Source: a virus (Duplodnaviria > Caudoviricetes). Taken from it: DNA of 64,000 bases. This document shows positions 1-9,088 of the stretch, piece after piece (positions within the stretch are counted from its first letter, which is position 1; each line of letters starts with the position of its first letter). Both the position numbers and the translations under genes were made by a program. Under the pieces are notes generated by a model. That model saw only the letters and a program-made list of their open reading frames with translations, searched no databases and was not told where the DNA came from. The stretch lies in IMG/VR virus record IMGVR_UViG_3300036951_000320, positions 8,446 to 72,445 of that record; one strand, written 5' to 3'.

Positions 1-2
1 GC

Positions 3-389
3 AAGCCCGAGCCGGCGGCGAAGGCGCCAACGAAGGCGCCAACGAAGGCGCCAACGAAGGCGACACCGAAGGCGGAGCCCGAAGAGCTTTTCGCTTGCGA
101 CCATTGTGGCTTCGAAGGGCTCCGGGCGACGGACGTTGAATGCTCGAAGTGCGGAACGATCTTCGACGAAGATGGGCGCATGACGCATCGCCCTTGCGTT
201 AAGGATGGATGCGCAACGCTCGTTGAAGTGGGCGGCGAAGAGCGTACCATTTGCGGCGTGTGCGGCACGATCCACGAAGTCGCAACATGGACGGCGGTGA
301 CGCGGGGGAACCCGAAGCCTGCCCCTCGCTCACGAAGCACGGCGGGCAAGGCGGAGAAGGGTGGCTACGATCTTCCGTGGGGGAAATAG
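3..389 (+). CDS. 5'-truncated protein with Lys/Ala/Pro repeats and two C-terminal Zn-ribbon-like CxxC pairs (possibly the end of an SSB/replication protein)
   Basis: Open frame from position 3, in frame with ORF 180..389: KAPTKAPTKAPTKATPKAEPEELFACDHCG...CSKCG...CVKDGC...CGVCG; stop 2 nt before the recA start. Confidence 0.55.
   Translation, partial: KPEPAAKAPTKAPTKAPTKATPKAEPEELFACDHCGFEGLRATDVECSKCGTIFDEDGRMTHRPCVKDGCATLVEVGGEERTICGVCGTIHEVATWTAVTRGNPKPAPRSRSTAGKAEKGGYDLPWGK
19..60 (+). repeat. 12-bp coding tandem repeat (CGAAGGCGCCAA x3, encoding KAPT)
   Basis: Read directly from the sequence. Confidence 0.85.
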
Positions 390-390
390 C

Positions 391-1641
391 ATGCGGCGTG
401 TGAAGCAACCGGCGACGAAGGGTAGGGCCGAACCGGCGGCGAGCACACGGCGGGCGAAGCGACCGGCGGGGTCGGGCGCGGGCTCGATCTCGCCGGTTGC
501 GTTTGCCAGCAACCGCGAACGGCTCGACGCAATGGCGGCGGTGGCGGAGCGCTTCGCATCGTGGCGACCCCCGGCGGAGGTGCTTGTGCCGGTGCGTGCG
601 GTGCCGACGTGTTTCCCACAAATCGACGAAGTAACGCGCGTTGCGGGGTGGCCTATCGAACGCTTTGCGCTCGCGCATGGCCCGAGCAACGAAGGGAAGA
701 CGGCGCTTGCACACGGGCTCGGACTTTCGTTTCTTCAACGTGGACATTTCTACGGCCTACTGGACGCGGAGCGAACCACGCCGGCGACGTGGGTTCGAAA
801 GCTCATGCACGACTTCGCGGTGCATCCGGGATTTCGTGCGCTTCGACCCGGAAGCTACGAAGAGGCGGTGGACGCGGTTCGATCGTTTTGCGAAACGATC
901 GGGGAGGCGAAGGCAAAGGGGCATCTTCCATCGGATACCTCGGGGCTTGTCGTGGTTGATTCGATCCGCAAGCTTGTCCCGAGAAAATTCATGGCGACGA
1001 TCATGGAGCATGGTGCGCAAGGTGCGAAATCGAAGGGGGTCGATGGTGCGAGCGGGCGAGCGGCGATGATCAAGGCAATGCTGAACGCTGCATGGCTTGA
1101 CGAATTGATCCCGTTGCTTGCCGATACGGGAACGGCAATGCTCGCGATCACGCGCGAAGCCGAAAATCCCGATGCTGGCGCGGGAAGCTTTGGGGCGGAT
1201 GACTTCAAGGTATCGGGAGGAAAGGCGTTGATCTTCGATTCCGCGCTTGTCGTGCGAGTAACGCGCGGCTCATGGGTAAGGGAAGGCTCGGGTGAAGACT
1301 CTCGGATCATCGGAGAGCGGCATTGCGTCGAAGTTCGTAAAACGAAGATCGGCGGTAAGGATAGCAAGCGGCCCCGGTGTCATTTTCACACGTCGAACGG
1401 GGTGCTCGTGCCCGAAGGCTTCGATCGACCACGTGACGTGATCGAGCTTGCGCTTGAACACGAGATCGTCACGGTGAACGGTTCGTGGTTCGCGTGGGGC
1501 GATCGGCGGCTCGGGCAGGGCATGAACCAAGCGGTTAGGAAGCTGCACGCGGAGCCCGACTTGTGCGGGGAGCTTGAAGCGGAATGCCGCGCGAAATTCC
1601 CAAAGGAAGGAATGAACGATGCGGATCCTACTCACAAGTGA
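391..1641 (+). CDS. recA: RecA/UvsX-like recombinase
   Basis: Walker A HGPSNEGKT, LDAE, Walker B VVVDS, GGKALIFDS, KTKIG and a RecA-like C-terminus (GSWFAWGDRRLGQG); likely ATG at 391. Confidence 0.9.
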   Translation: MRRVKQPATKGRAEPAASTRRAKRPAGSGAGSISPVAFASNRERLDAMAAVAERFASWRPPAEVLVPVRAVPTCFPQIDEVTRVAGWPIERFALAHGPSNEGKTALAHGLGLSFLQRGHFYGLLDAERTTPATWVRKLMHDFAVHPGFRALRPGSYEEAVDAVRSFCETIGEAKAKGHLPSDTSGLVVVDSIRKLVPRKFMATIMEHGAQGAKSKGVDGASGRAAMIKAMLNAAWLDELIPLLADTGTAMLAITREAENPDAGAGSFGADDFKVSGGKALIFDSALVVRVTRGSWVREGSGEDSRIIGERHCVEVRKTKIGGKDSKRPRCHFHTSNGVLVPEGFDRPRDVIELALEHEIVTVNGSWFAWGDRRLGQGMNQAVRKLHAEPDLCGELEAECRAKFPKEGMNDADPTHK

Positions 1642-2344
1642 CTGGCACCTTGACGCGGCAACGGCGGGCTTCGTTCGCTTCGACGACCTCCGGGCGACGG
1701 TGCGGCGGATCGTTGACGTTGCGATTGCGGAGCGGGTTGCGCTTTTCGTGTTCATGGGCGATTTGTCTAATCCTGATTCCGTGCGTGTTCATGCTTCGAT
1801 CGAGGTGGCGGTTGAAGCGGCGATGAACCTTGCACGATCGGGGATTCCGTCGCGTTGGCTTACGGGAAATCATGATGTGGTGGAAGATGGATCGGGCGCA
1901 TCGACGTTATCACCCCTCCGTCCGTTGTCGGGGGTTGAAAGCACGAATCCGTATCCGATGGTGAGGGTTTACGATGGACCATGTTTCGAGAGCATCGGTG
2001 GGGTCGGTGTTCTCGCGTTGCCGTTCACGTCGCGTGCTCGTGCATACGATCCGGCGGAGGTTGTGTCGCAATTTGAGGCGAACCTACCGATACTCGTTGT
2101 CGGACACTTGAACATCGAAGGAATTGAACCTGGCAGTGAAACGACAGATTTTCCGCGCGGGCGTGAGGTGTTTCTTCCGATAAGAGTGATCCGTGAGCGG
2201 ATGCCGAAAGCGCTTGTCGCAAATGGACATTATCATCGGAGAACGCAGTATAACGGGATACATATACCGGGAGCGATCGCTTCTCTCACGTTCGGGGAGC
2301 AATTAAACGTTCCCGGTGTGCTTATAGCGGAGGTTGCATCATGA
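1619..2344 (+). CDS. sbcD: Mre11/SbcD-like metallophosphoesterase nuclease (catalytic domain only)
   Basis: Motifs TSDWH, MGDL, GNHD, VGH, GHYH; adjacent to a Rad50-like gene. Confidence 0.85.
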   Translation: MRILLTSDWHLDAATAGFVRFDDLRATVRRIVDVAIAERVALFVFMGDLSNPDSVRVHASIEVAVEAAMNLARSGIPSRWLTGNHDVVEDGSGASTLSPLRPLSGVESTNPYPMVRVYDGPCFESIGGVGVLALPFTSRARAYDPAEVVSQFEANLPILVVGHLNIEGIEPGSETTDFPRGREVFLPIRVIRERMPKALVANGHYHRRTQYNGIHIPGAIASLTFGEQLNVPGVLIAEVAS

Positions 2345-2787
2345 GACGGCTTCGATCGGCGGCGGGGCAGTTGGTTACGGAAACACGTGTTTCCGTCGCG
2401 ACCCCGAAGGTGGGGGTAGTGATTCTCGATACGCGCCCCGTGTTCACTGTATCCCCCGAAAGTTTCCAACAGATCATGGTCGGCGAAGAAGTGCCAGAAT
2501 GCGAGGGGGCGATCGTGCGGGTGTTTCCACCGGAAGGAACGACAGAAGAAGGAATAGGCAACGTGGAATGGAAGCTTCGCGATTCGGGGGCGGTCGTGGT
2601 TCGCATGATGCCTACCCCCCGAACGTCTACGGTGACGGCGGATGCAAAGGCGGAGGTGGCAACCCCCATGGCAGTAACACGGACGATCCGGGGTGTCGTG
2701 GCGGAGCTTGTGGCACGTGCGAGAACGCGCAACCCGGATGCGCTTCGTGAGGTGGTCGAAGATGCTCTTGCGGCGGAGGAATTATGA
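2341..2787 (+). CDS. Probable C-terminal (capping / Rad50-binding) half of the SbcD-like nuclease, encoded separately
   Basis: ATGA overlap with the nuclease gene; GAIVRV...L...GAVVV pattern and a C-terminal helix pair; combined length about 390 aa. Confidence 0.5.
   Translation: MRRLRSAAGQLVTETRVSVATPKVGVVILDTRPVFTVSPESFQQIMVGEEVPECEGAIVRVFPPEGTTEEGIGNVEWKLRDSGAVVVRMMPTPRTSTVTADAKAEVATPMAVTRTIRGVVAELVARARTRNPDALREVVEDALAAEEL
2377..2396. promoter_or_regulatory. 20-bp perfect palindrome ACGGAAACACGTGTTTCCGT (copy 1)
   Basis: Exact match. Confidence 0.8.
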
Positions 2788-4796
2788 GCACGTATATTTC
2801 ACGGATGACGTTGCATAATTGGCTTCGATACCGTGGGGACCACGAAGTGTTTTTCGAACCTACGATCTATGGTGTCACGGCTTCGCACGAAGCGGATCCA
2901 GCGCGATCCAATTGGCTCGGGAAGACTTCGATCCTCGCGGGTGTTCGGTTCGCGCTATTCGGCACGCACCCCGCACGCACGGAAGACGAATGGATCACGC
3001 GAGGAGAAGCCGAAGGCTCCGTGCGGATCGAGCTTTCCGACGGGATGACGATCACGCGGGAGCGCAAGCGCGGGAGCGCAACGCGGCTCTTCGTGCGGTG
3101 GCCCGGACGTGAGGGGGAGCCGGCTACGGGAGCAGCGGCGCAAGCGGCGATCGTTGAAGCGCTCGGACTTACCGAGGGTGACTTCATGGCAACGTGCTTC
3201 TTCGAGCAAAAGAACCTTGCGCGCTTCGTGGTGGCGCGGCCAGCGGAGCGACAAGAGATCGTGGCGGGTTGGTTACAGCTTGGGAAGCTTCAAGCGGCGG
3301 AATCTCGGACTCGCCGAATACTCGGGGAACGAATTGATCGAAAGACAACGCTTGTGGCAAAGCGTGATGCGATGAAGGGAGAAATTGTTGCGATCCTAGC
3401 GTCACGCTTTGACGCTGTGACGGATGCGGATGCGAACATGAGCAAGCGGGCAGAATCAGAACAATTTATGATTGAAGCAGTGTTCGATCTTCAAAATGTT
3501 CGCGATGCTGCGAAAGCTGTTGCAGAGGAAGCGCGGGAGGCATACCGGAGGCGTGAGGCATGGGAAAAGGCATCGGCGGCACGGGAAGCTTTTGATCGAG
3601 CGGTGGCCAGTGTGGAGGAAGCGAATGTGCGTCGTGAAAAGGCGATAGCGGACGCGGAAACGGCCCTTGCAGGCTTCGATGCCGCAAAGGTTGAAGCTTC
3701 ATTGCGAGACGCAACCAAAGCGCAGCAAGAGGCAATTGCGGCGCTAGCACGGGCGCGTGATACCGAATCGCAACGGGCGGCCCTTGCGTGCGGTGCATTC
3801 GATGGGGTGTGTCCCGTTGATGGGCACGTGTGTCCCGATGCGGAGATTATGAATGCGGCAAGAGAAGCGAACGAAATAAGTCTTCGTGAAGCGGTGAGCG
3901 AGCGGGTTCGTGCTGATAAAGCCGTAAGCAGCGCGAAAAATCGCGTTGAAGAGGCGTCGGAAAGCGCTCGAAGGATAGAAGCCTTGCGTGGGCAGATTAA
4001 CGCGTTGAAGAGGCATCCTGTGGCCGCAATGGGCGATCCTCCCCCGGACCCCGGGGAAGCCCCTCCGGTGGTGGACGCGGTGACACCATGGGATGCATAT
4101 CAAGCGGCGGAGGCGGATTATCGTGAAGCAGAACAGCAAGCCGATCGGTTGAGGCGAACCTACGATGGTATGGGGAAACTTGAAGGGGAGATAGCAGCGG
4201 CGGAAGCGGAGATTGACACGTTACGCGAGGCGGTGGCGATACTCGGGAGGCAGGGAGCGCAACGGGTGATAGCGGAGGGTGCGCTTTCGGAAATCGAAGA
4301 CGGAGCGAATGCGCTTCTTCGGGAGGCGGGGATTGATCTACGCGTTGTCGTGCGATGGAGCCATGAAGGGCAAGGACTTGCGACAACGTGTGAGGCGTGC
4401 GGGGCTCCGTTCCCGTCGTCGACGAAGGTGCGAGAATGCGCGAAGTGCGGGGCGACGCGCGGGGCGAAGATGATCGATCGGCTCGAAGTCGTGCTTTCGG
4501 ATCGGTCGGGTGCGGCGGATGATCTTGCGGGAGCGGCGATACAGCTTGCGGCGGGAGCATGGCTTCGAAAACAACGTAATGCGGCGTGGTCGGTGGCGTT
4601 GATCGATGAACCGTTCGGGGCGCTCGATGAAGCGAACCGGGGAGCCTTCGCGGTGCATTTGGCGGCGATGCTTCGGGGGCGCTACGGGTATGCACAAGCC
4701 TTCGTGATCGCGCATACTCGGGGCGTCATGGATGCCCTTCCGGGGCGCGTGGAAGTCACGGGTCGCGAGGCGGGGTCAAGTCTTCGGGTGGTGTGA
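2784..4796 (+). CDS. sbcC: Rad50/SbcC-like SMC ATPase
   Basis: MTLHNWLRY start, Walker A-like SNWLGKTS, FFEQ Q-loop, coiled coil with CPVDG hook, Walker B/D-loop LIDEPFGALDE, H-loop IAH. Confidence 0.88.
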   Translation: MSTYISRMTLHNWLRYRGDHEVFFEPTIYGVTASHEADPARSNWLGKTSILAGVRFALFGTHPARTEDEWITRGEAEGSVRIELSDGMTITRERKRGSATRLFVRWPGREGEPATGAAAQAAIVEALGLTEGDFMATCFFEQKNLARFVVARPAERQEIVAGWLQLGKLQAAESRTRRILGERIDRKTTLVAKRDAMKGEIVAILASRFDAVTDADANMSKRAESEQFMIEAVFDLQNVRDAAKAVAEEAREAYRRREAWEKASAAREAFDRAVASVEEANVRREKAIADAETALAGFDAAKVEASLRDATKAQQEAIAALARARDTESQRAALACGAFDGVCPVDGHVCPDAEIMNAAREANEISLREAVSERVRADKAVSSAKNRVEEASESARRIEALRGQINALKRHPVAAMGDPPPDPGEAPPVVDAVTPWDAYQAAEADYREAEQQADRLRRTYDGMGKLEGEIAAAEAEIDTLREAVAILGRQGAQRVIAEGALSEIEDGANALLREAGIDLRVVVRWSHEGQGLATTCEACGAPFPSSTKVRECAKCGATRGAKMIDRLEVVLSDRSGAADDLAGAAIQLAAGAWLRKQRNAAWSVALIDEPFGALDEANRGAFAVHLAAMLRGRYGYAQAFVIAHTRGVMDALPGRVEVTGREAGSSLRVV

Positions 4797-5359
4797 TGCC
4801 GGGCAGGAAAGGGAACGCGGGTGAGCGGGAGGTAGCGCGGGCGCTTCAAGCGTGGTGGGCGACGCGCGACCCCGAATGCCGGTTCATCCGAACCCCGCTT
4901 TCGGGCGGGTGGGCGGGCGCCGACACGCGGCGCGACTTCCGGGCGAGCGGCGACGTGATGACAACGGCGAAGGGGTTTCCCTTCGTGGTCGAAGTCAAGC
5001 GGCGCGAGGCATGGAGCGTGCGGAATTTCGTAGAAGGCAAGCGCTCCCCGGTGTGGGGGTGGTGGGGAGAAGCCGTGATGGAAGCGAACGAAGTCGACGG
5101 CGTTCCGATGCTATGGGTTCGGAAAAACGCGGAGCCGGCGGATCACTTCGGCCCCCGGCTTCCGCCGGTGTGGCTTGTGCTCGTTCCGTGGACGCTGGCG
5201 AGGAAGCTTCCCTTGTGGCCCGATCTCATTTGGACCCCCGACGAATTCGGCGCGGGGGTGGACGTTGCGGGCGTGATGCCGGCGGGATACCTCGCAATGC
5301 GGCTTGTGTTGGTTGATCCGCTGGCGGTTGTGGAAGGGGCGAAGCAATGGCGAAGGTAG
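4796..5359 (+). CDS. Holliday junction resolvase, Hjc-like PD-(D/E)xK
   Basis: GNAGEREVARAL...GD...VVEVKRRE motif pattern. Confidence 0.8.
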   Translation: MPGRKGNAGEREVARALQAWWATRDPECRFIRTPLSGGWAGADTRRDFRASGDVMTTAKGFPFVVEVKRREAWSVRNFVEGKRSPVWGWWGEAVMEANEVDGVPMLWVRKNAEPADHFGPRLPPVWLVLVPWTLARKLPLWPDLIWTPDEFGAGVDVAGVMPAGYLAMRLVLVDPLAVVEGAKQWRR

Positions 5360-6009
5360 ATTCGGATATTGTGTTCCATACGAAGATGGCGCTTGTCGAT
5401 GCCGGCAAATTGAACCCGGCTGCATACAACCCCCGGAAGATCACAAGCGCGAAGCTCGAAGCATTGAAGGCTTCGATCCGGGAGAATGGCTTCGTCGAAC
5501 CGATCGTGATCCAACGCTCGCGAATGGCAATCGTGGGGGGGCATCAGCGGTATCGAGCGCTCCGGGAAATGAGCGAAGAACGCGGGGTGTCTTTCAAGCT
5601 GCTTTCGGTGCCTTGCATCGTGCTTGATCTGACAGATCGTCAAGCAATGCTCTTGAATATCGCGTTGAATAACACGTCGGGCGAATTCGATGACGAGATG
5701 CTTCGTGTGCTCGTGAAGCGGGTCGAGCGGGATCAAGAGATCACGGCATCCGAAGCGCTATCGACTGGATTCACGCAACGGCAGATCGAAGCTCTCATTG
5801 CTCCCGTCAAGGTGAGCGAAGACGGGGACAATTTGCCGTTTGCTTCAAGCGTAACGCTATCGCTTGCGTTTGATTCAGTTTCGGAGCGTGATGCTGTAAA
5901 AGGATTGCTTGCGGAGCTAGCGGTGGGGGCGTCGAAAAAAACGGGAACAATCGTGCGGGAATTACTTGAAGCGAGGGCTTCAAGTAATCGAAAAAAGGCT
6001 CAAATATGA
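5347..6009 (+). CDS. ParB/Srx N-terminal domain protein
   Basis: LNPAAYNPRKI...SIRENGFVEPIVI...IVGGHQRYRAL...LNIALN. Confidence 0.8.
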   Translation: MAKVDSDIVFHTKMALVDAGKLNPAAYNPRKITSAKLEALKASIRENGFVEPIVIQRSRMAIVGGHQRYRALREMSEERGVSFKLLSVPCIVLDLTDRQAMLLNIALNNTSGEFDDEMLRVLVKRVERDQEITASEALSTGFTQRQIEALIAPVKVSEDGDNLPFASSVTLSLAFDSVSERDAVKGLLAELAVGASKKTGTIVRELLEARASSNRKKAQI

Positions 6010-6467
6010 ACCGTTTCGAGCGATTCGTGCGTGATGCGCTCGAAAAGCTATTGAAACGCTTTCACGAAGGGCCCGAGCCTCCCCCCCGGCTCCGCGAAAC
6101 GGTGATCTTGTGGCGTGTGTTGAACCCGGAAGCGACGATCGACGCATGGGAGAAGTTTGCGATTTCGCAAGCCGAAGACGCCTATCGATGCGGCTTCGTG
6201 CGCGGACTTGAACGAAACCTACGCAACCCCGAAGCGATGCCTCCCGAAGTCGCCGACGCGATCGAGCGTGCGCGGCATGATTGGAGCATCGTGCAGTCCG
6301 AAGAAATGCGACGCGTGATCGAAGAACGGGTGAATCCATTCGATCCGCTTGATGGGGTGCCGATGGAAAAACGTGCCGAATTTTTCGATGAAATCGGCGC
6401 GTATTATGGAACGCATCGCGTGGTGGTCATACCGGATGACGGCAACGATGGTTCGGATCAAGGTTGA
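6006..6467 (+). CDS. Hypothetical phage protein
   Basis: 153-aa ORF with ATGA overlap and protein-like composition. Confidence 0.65.
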   Translation: MNRFERFVRDALEKLLKRFHEGPEPPPRLRETVILWRVLNPEATIDAWEKFAISQAEDAYRCGFVRGLERNLRNPEAMPPEVADAIERARHDWSIVQSEEMRRVIEERVNPFDPLDGVPMEKRAEFFDEIGAYYGTHRVVVIPDDGNDGSDQG

Positions 6468-6508
6468 TCGTCGGGTGTAACGTGCGATGATGCGTTACGG
6501 AGGTAGTT

Positions 6509-6998
6509 ATGGTTTTGGTAGTTTTGAACCTTATTCTAGCGCTTGTGAAGCTTCCGGCGGTGGACGCGACAACGATTGACACGCGGTGTGCTGACGTGTC
6601 GATTGCTCGTTATTGCGGGGTTTCACGCGGGAGTGCAAGATTGTTCACGCTGCACGGGGAAGAACCTGTGGTGTGATCGCGGGCGTTCAGTTAGCTTGTT
6701 CCAATTGTATCAAGGGCAAGCGTGGGGTGGTCACACGCGGGAAGAGCTATGCTCGGACAACCGAATTGCAGCGGCACAGGCGAATCGGTTGCTTGTGATG
6801 AAGGGCAAGCGGACGGGAACCCCTCGAAAAATGTTCATGAGTTATGCAGGTGCCGGTGGGCAGGCATCGATCTATGGTGGACAAATCGCAAGCATTTTCG
6901 ATCGCTTGCTCGATCGTGCGGGGTATCGAATCGATCATCGTGCGGGGCCATTCGTGGTGATCCCGAAAAGCGCGGCATCATTGAAACATGGCACTTGA
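6509..6998 (+). pseudogene. Degenerate or frameshifted lytic transglycosylase (SLT-like) with a signal peptide
   Basis: GGAGG RBS and a hydrophobic N-terminus at 6509 (MVLVVLNLILALV) in one frame; SLT-like DRGRSVSLFQL in frame 6576..6998; no catalytic ES motif visible. Confidence 0.45.
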
Positions 6999-7194
6999 TC
7001 CGAAAAAGGCATCGAATGCTCTGGTTGCGGTGGTGGATCTGTACTCGGCGATCGTTGCTGAATTGTTAACAGCAAATGCAGCGCAAGCGGTGGTCATACA
7101 ACGGCTTGGGGAGCAAATACGAGGCGGTATGAGCGGAGGCAACCCCGATGGGCACGAAGACGAAGGAAGAGAAAGCAGCGGAGCAATGGGTTGA
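6988..7194 (+). CDS. Hypothetical protein
   Basis: 68-aa ORF in an overlapping gene chain. Confidence 0.5.
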   Translation: MALDPKKASNALVAVVDLYSAIVAELLTANAAQAVVIQRLGEQIRGGMSGGNPDGHEDEGRESSGAMG

Positions 7195-7450
7195 ATGGAA
7201 CCCGGGATTTGCGCGCCATGTAAGGGGTCGATACACGGTGAGGGTGTTCGACCCTGAAACGGGACTCCCCGAACCGCAACGGATCGAAGTGCGGTGTCTG
7301 CTATGCGGTGATACGTGGCAAGGCACTTGTCTGTCGGGGCAAGTGCGCACTCATATTGCTAGATTCGGTGCGGTACATGCGCACCGGGATCCTCTTGAGG
7401 CTTCGCGCGTTGTGCGCCCCGGTTCCCTTCGGGTGGGGGGCGGAAAATGA
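7148..7450 (+). CDS. Hypothetical protein with a C2H2-like Zn motif
   Basis: CLLCG...C...H...H.H. Confidence 0.55.
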   Translation: MGTKTKEEKAAEQWVEWNPGFARHVRGRYTVRVFDPETGLPEPQRIEVRCLLCGDTWQGTCLSGQVRTHIARFGAVHAHRDPLEASRVVRPGSLRVGGGK

Positions 7451-7632
7451 AAATGACAAATGCCGCCCCGGAACCGGCCCGAAAACGCACCGGGCGGGTG
7501 GTGGTGACGTTACCACCGGGGGAAGCGGGGACGCTCGTGTTAGCGGGTGCTTATGTCGTGGTGATGCGGCAAGCGATGCGGAGGCGAAGGTATGAAACGA
7601 ATTCGGAACGCGTCGGAATTTCTTCGAGGTGA
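7447..7632 (+). CDS. Small hypothetical protein
   Basis: ATGA overlap; 61 aa. Confidence 0.4.
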   Translation: MKMTNAAPEPARKRTGRVVVTLPPGEAGTLVLAGAYVVVMRQAMRRRRYETNSERVGISSR

Positions 7633-8122
7633 CGTTGCGGAAAAGCTTAGGCTTTTCGCAACGCAATTGTACGAAGAGCACGGCACGGCGGAACCGTTTG
7701 CGTTTGCGTTTGCGCGAGCGAAGCGCAATCCGGCAACGCTCGAAGAATTCTCGAATGAAATGGTGTTCGTGATTCGACCCGAGGTGCCGATCCGAAGTGA
7801 GAAGGACACGGAACGATTCATCGACGTAGTGCGGTCGATGGTGGACCGGGCGAACGCGCAATGGGCGGCGCTTGTTCTTCCGGATGCGGCGTGCGTGCTG
7901 TCGGGAGCGGCACTCTCCCGGACCGGGAGCCTTCGGAGCATTGAAACGGTGCTTGTGCAATTGCAGAAAGCCGGTGAACCCGTGCGGTCGCAATTTGCTC
8001 CTGTGATACGGCGTGAAGACACGGGCGAAGCGGTTGTGATGCCGTTTTCGGACGTGGTGACCCCATGGTTGCGGGCGCTTGTTCCTTCCCCCGAAGACAA
8101 GACACATATCGGCCTATCATGA
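7592..8122 (+). CDS. Hypothetical protein
   Basis: 176-aa ORF with protein-like composition. Confidence 0.65.
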   Translation: MKRIRNASEFLRGDVAEKLRLFATQLYEEHGTAEPFAFAFARAKRNPATLEEFSNEMVFVIRPEVPIRSEKDTERFIDVVRSMVDRANAQWAALVLPDAACVLSGAALSRTGSLRSIETVLVQLQKAGEPVRSQFAPVIRREDTGEAVVMPFSDVVTPWLRALVPSPEDKTHIGLS

Positions 8123-8134
8123 AGAGGTGATGCA

Positions 8135-8467
8135 ATGGGTAACGAATGCGACATGGCGGATTTGGTTTCTGGGTATCATGGGGCGGCGGTGTGGTTCTCA
8201 TTCCCCCCGAGCATGTCGTTTGCGGCGGTGGCGGCTGCGCTACCGGGCGTGCTTGGGTATGCGCTCGTGTTAGGGCTTGCGGTGTTCGTGTTCGATGGGA
8301 ATGAGGTGAGTTTACTAATGCTTGATCCGGATGAAGTGATCCTTTCTTCGCGCGTGGCGAAGCTTGTTCGAATCATCGAAGCGATGGGGGGATGTGGGGT
8401 ACGGAGCGAAGTCGGGGGGGACGTGACAAACAGGCTTCGAGCAAAGGTTGTAAGCGCTCAAGTGTGA
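8135..8467 (+). CDS. Hypothetical protein
   Basis: GAGGTG RBS; 110 aa. Confidence 0.55.
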   Translation: MGNECDMADLVSGYHGAAVWFSFPPSMSFAAVAAALPGVLGYALVLGLAVFVFDGNEVSLLMLDPDEVILSSRVAKLVRIIEAMGGCGVRSEVGGDVTNRLRAKVVSAQV

Positions 8468-8475
8468 AGTGCGGC

Positions 8476-8742
8476 ATGATGAAGACGCTTCGCGTATGGA
8501 AAGAGGATTTTGATGGGCGGCGATATACGGGCACGTGGCGCTATCGTACGGAGCATATCGAAGTGATCGTGTTTCCGGAAGGAATGACCTTTTATATGTC
8601 GTGTTCGAGGTTGAAGATGGAGCGGGTTAATCTTCGAACGACAATGCCGGAGCACGCAAAATTGGAAGCGCTTTCGATGGTGCGCGCGTTCATCGTGCAA
8701 CTAGAGCGCGAAGTCGGGGAGCCGGCGAAGGTGAAGCGATAA
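8476..8742 (+). CDS. Hypothetical protein
   Basis: ATG at 8476 within ORF 8392..8742. Confidence 0.55.
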   Translation: MMKTLRVWKEDFDGRRYTGTWRYRTEHIEVIVFPEGMTFYMSCSRLKMERVNLRTTMPEHAKLEALSMVRAFIVQLEREVGEPAKVKR

Positions 8743-9068
8743 AGTGCGGAGCGAGCAACGGAACGGGAGCCGTGCAGTTCGAACCGGGTCCGATCGTGGG
8801 CGAGCATCGGGTAGCGGGCATCGGGCATCGGGTAGCGGCGTGTGGCCCGTGCCCGAAGTGCGGCGGCATGGGGTCCGTTGTGGGGACTTCCGGCGGGACC
8901 CGTTGTCATGACGCTTGACGCTAAACATGCGTAGACATAGGACAATTTGCAGGCTCGTGGGAAGTGTTCTTCGAAACACACATGAAAACAAGGGGTGTGC
9001 TGAACGGTAACTTGATCTGCCCCCTGATACCATTGAAAACCACTATATAGATCGCATGGTTACGAGCG

Positions 9069-9088
9069 ACGGAAACACGTGTTTCCGT
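9069..9088. promoter_or_regulatory. 20-bp perfect palindrome (copy 2)
   Basis: Exact match. Confidence 0.8.

Noticed and set aside
361-390. Upstream GTG start for recA, and similar extended starts for terL, TMP, helicase and lysin in the ORF track
   Set aside because: These overlap the previous gene or promoter; downstream ATGs fit the gene coupling or -10 spacing better
2377-2396. The palindrome as a canonical chromosomal parS
   Set aside because: Only the CACGTG core matches; the arms are reversed relative to TGTT(T/C)CACGTG(A/G)AAC, and there is no ParA or HTH-type ParB
8800-8842. GCATCGGG(TAGCGG) short repeats
   Set aside because: Only 2-3 copies, probably a local duplication within a small Zn-finger ORF (about 8772-8919); no wider pattern
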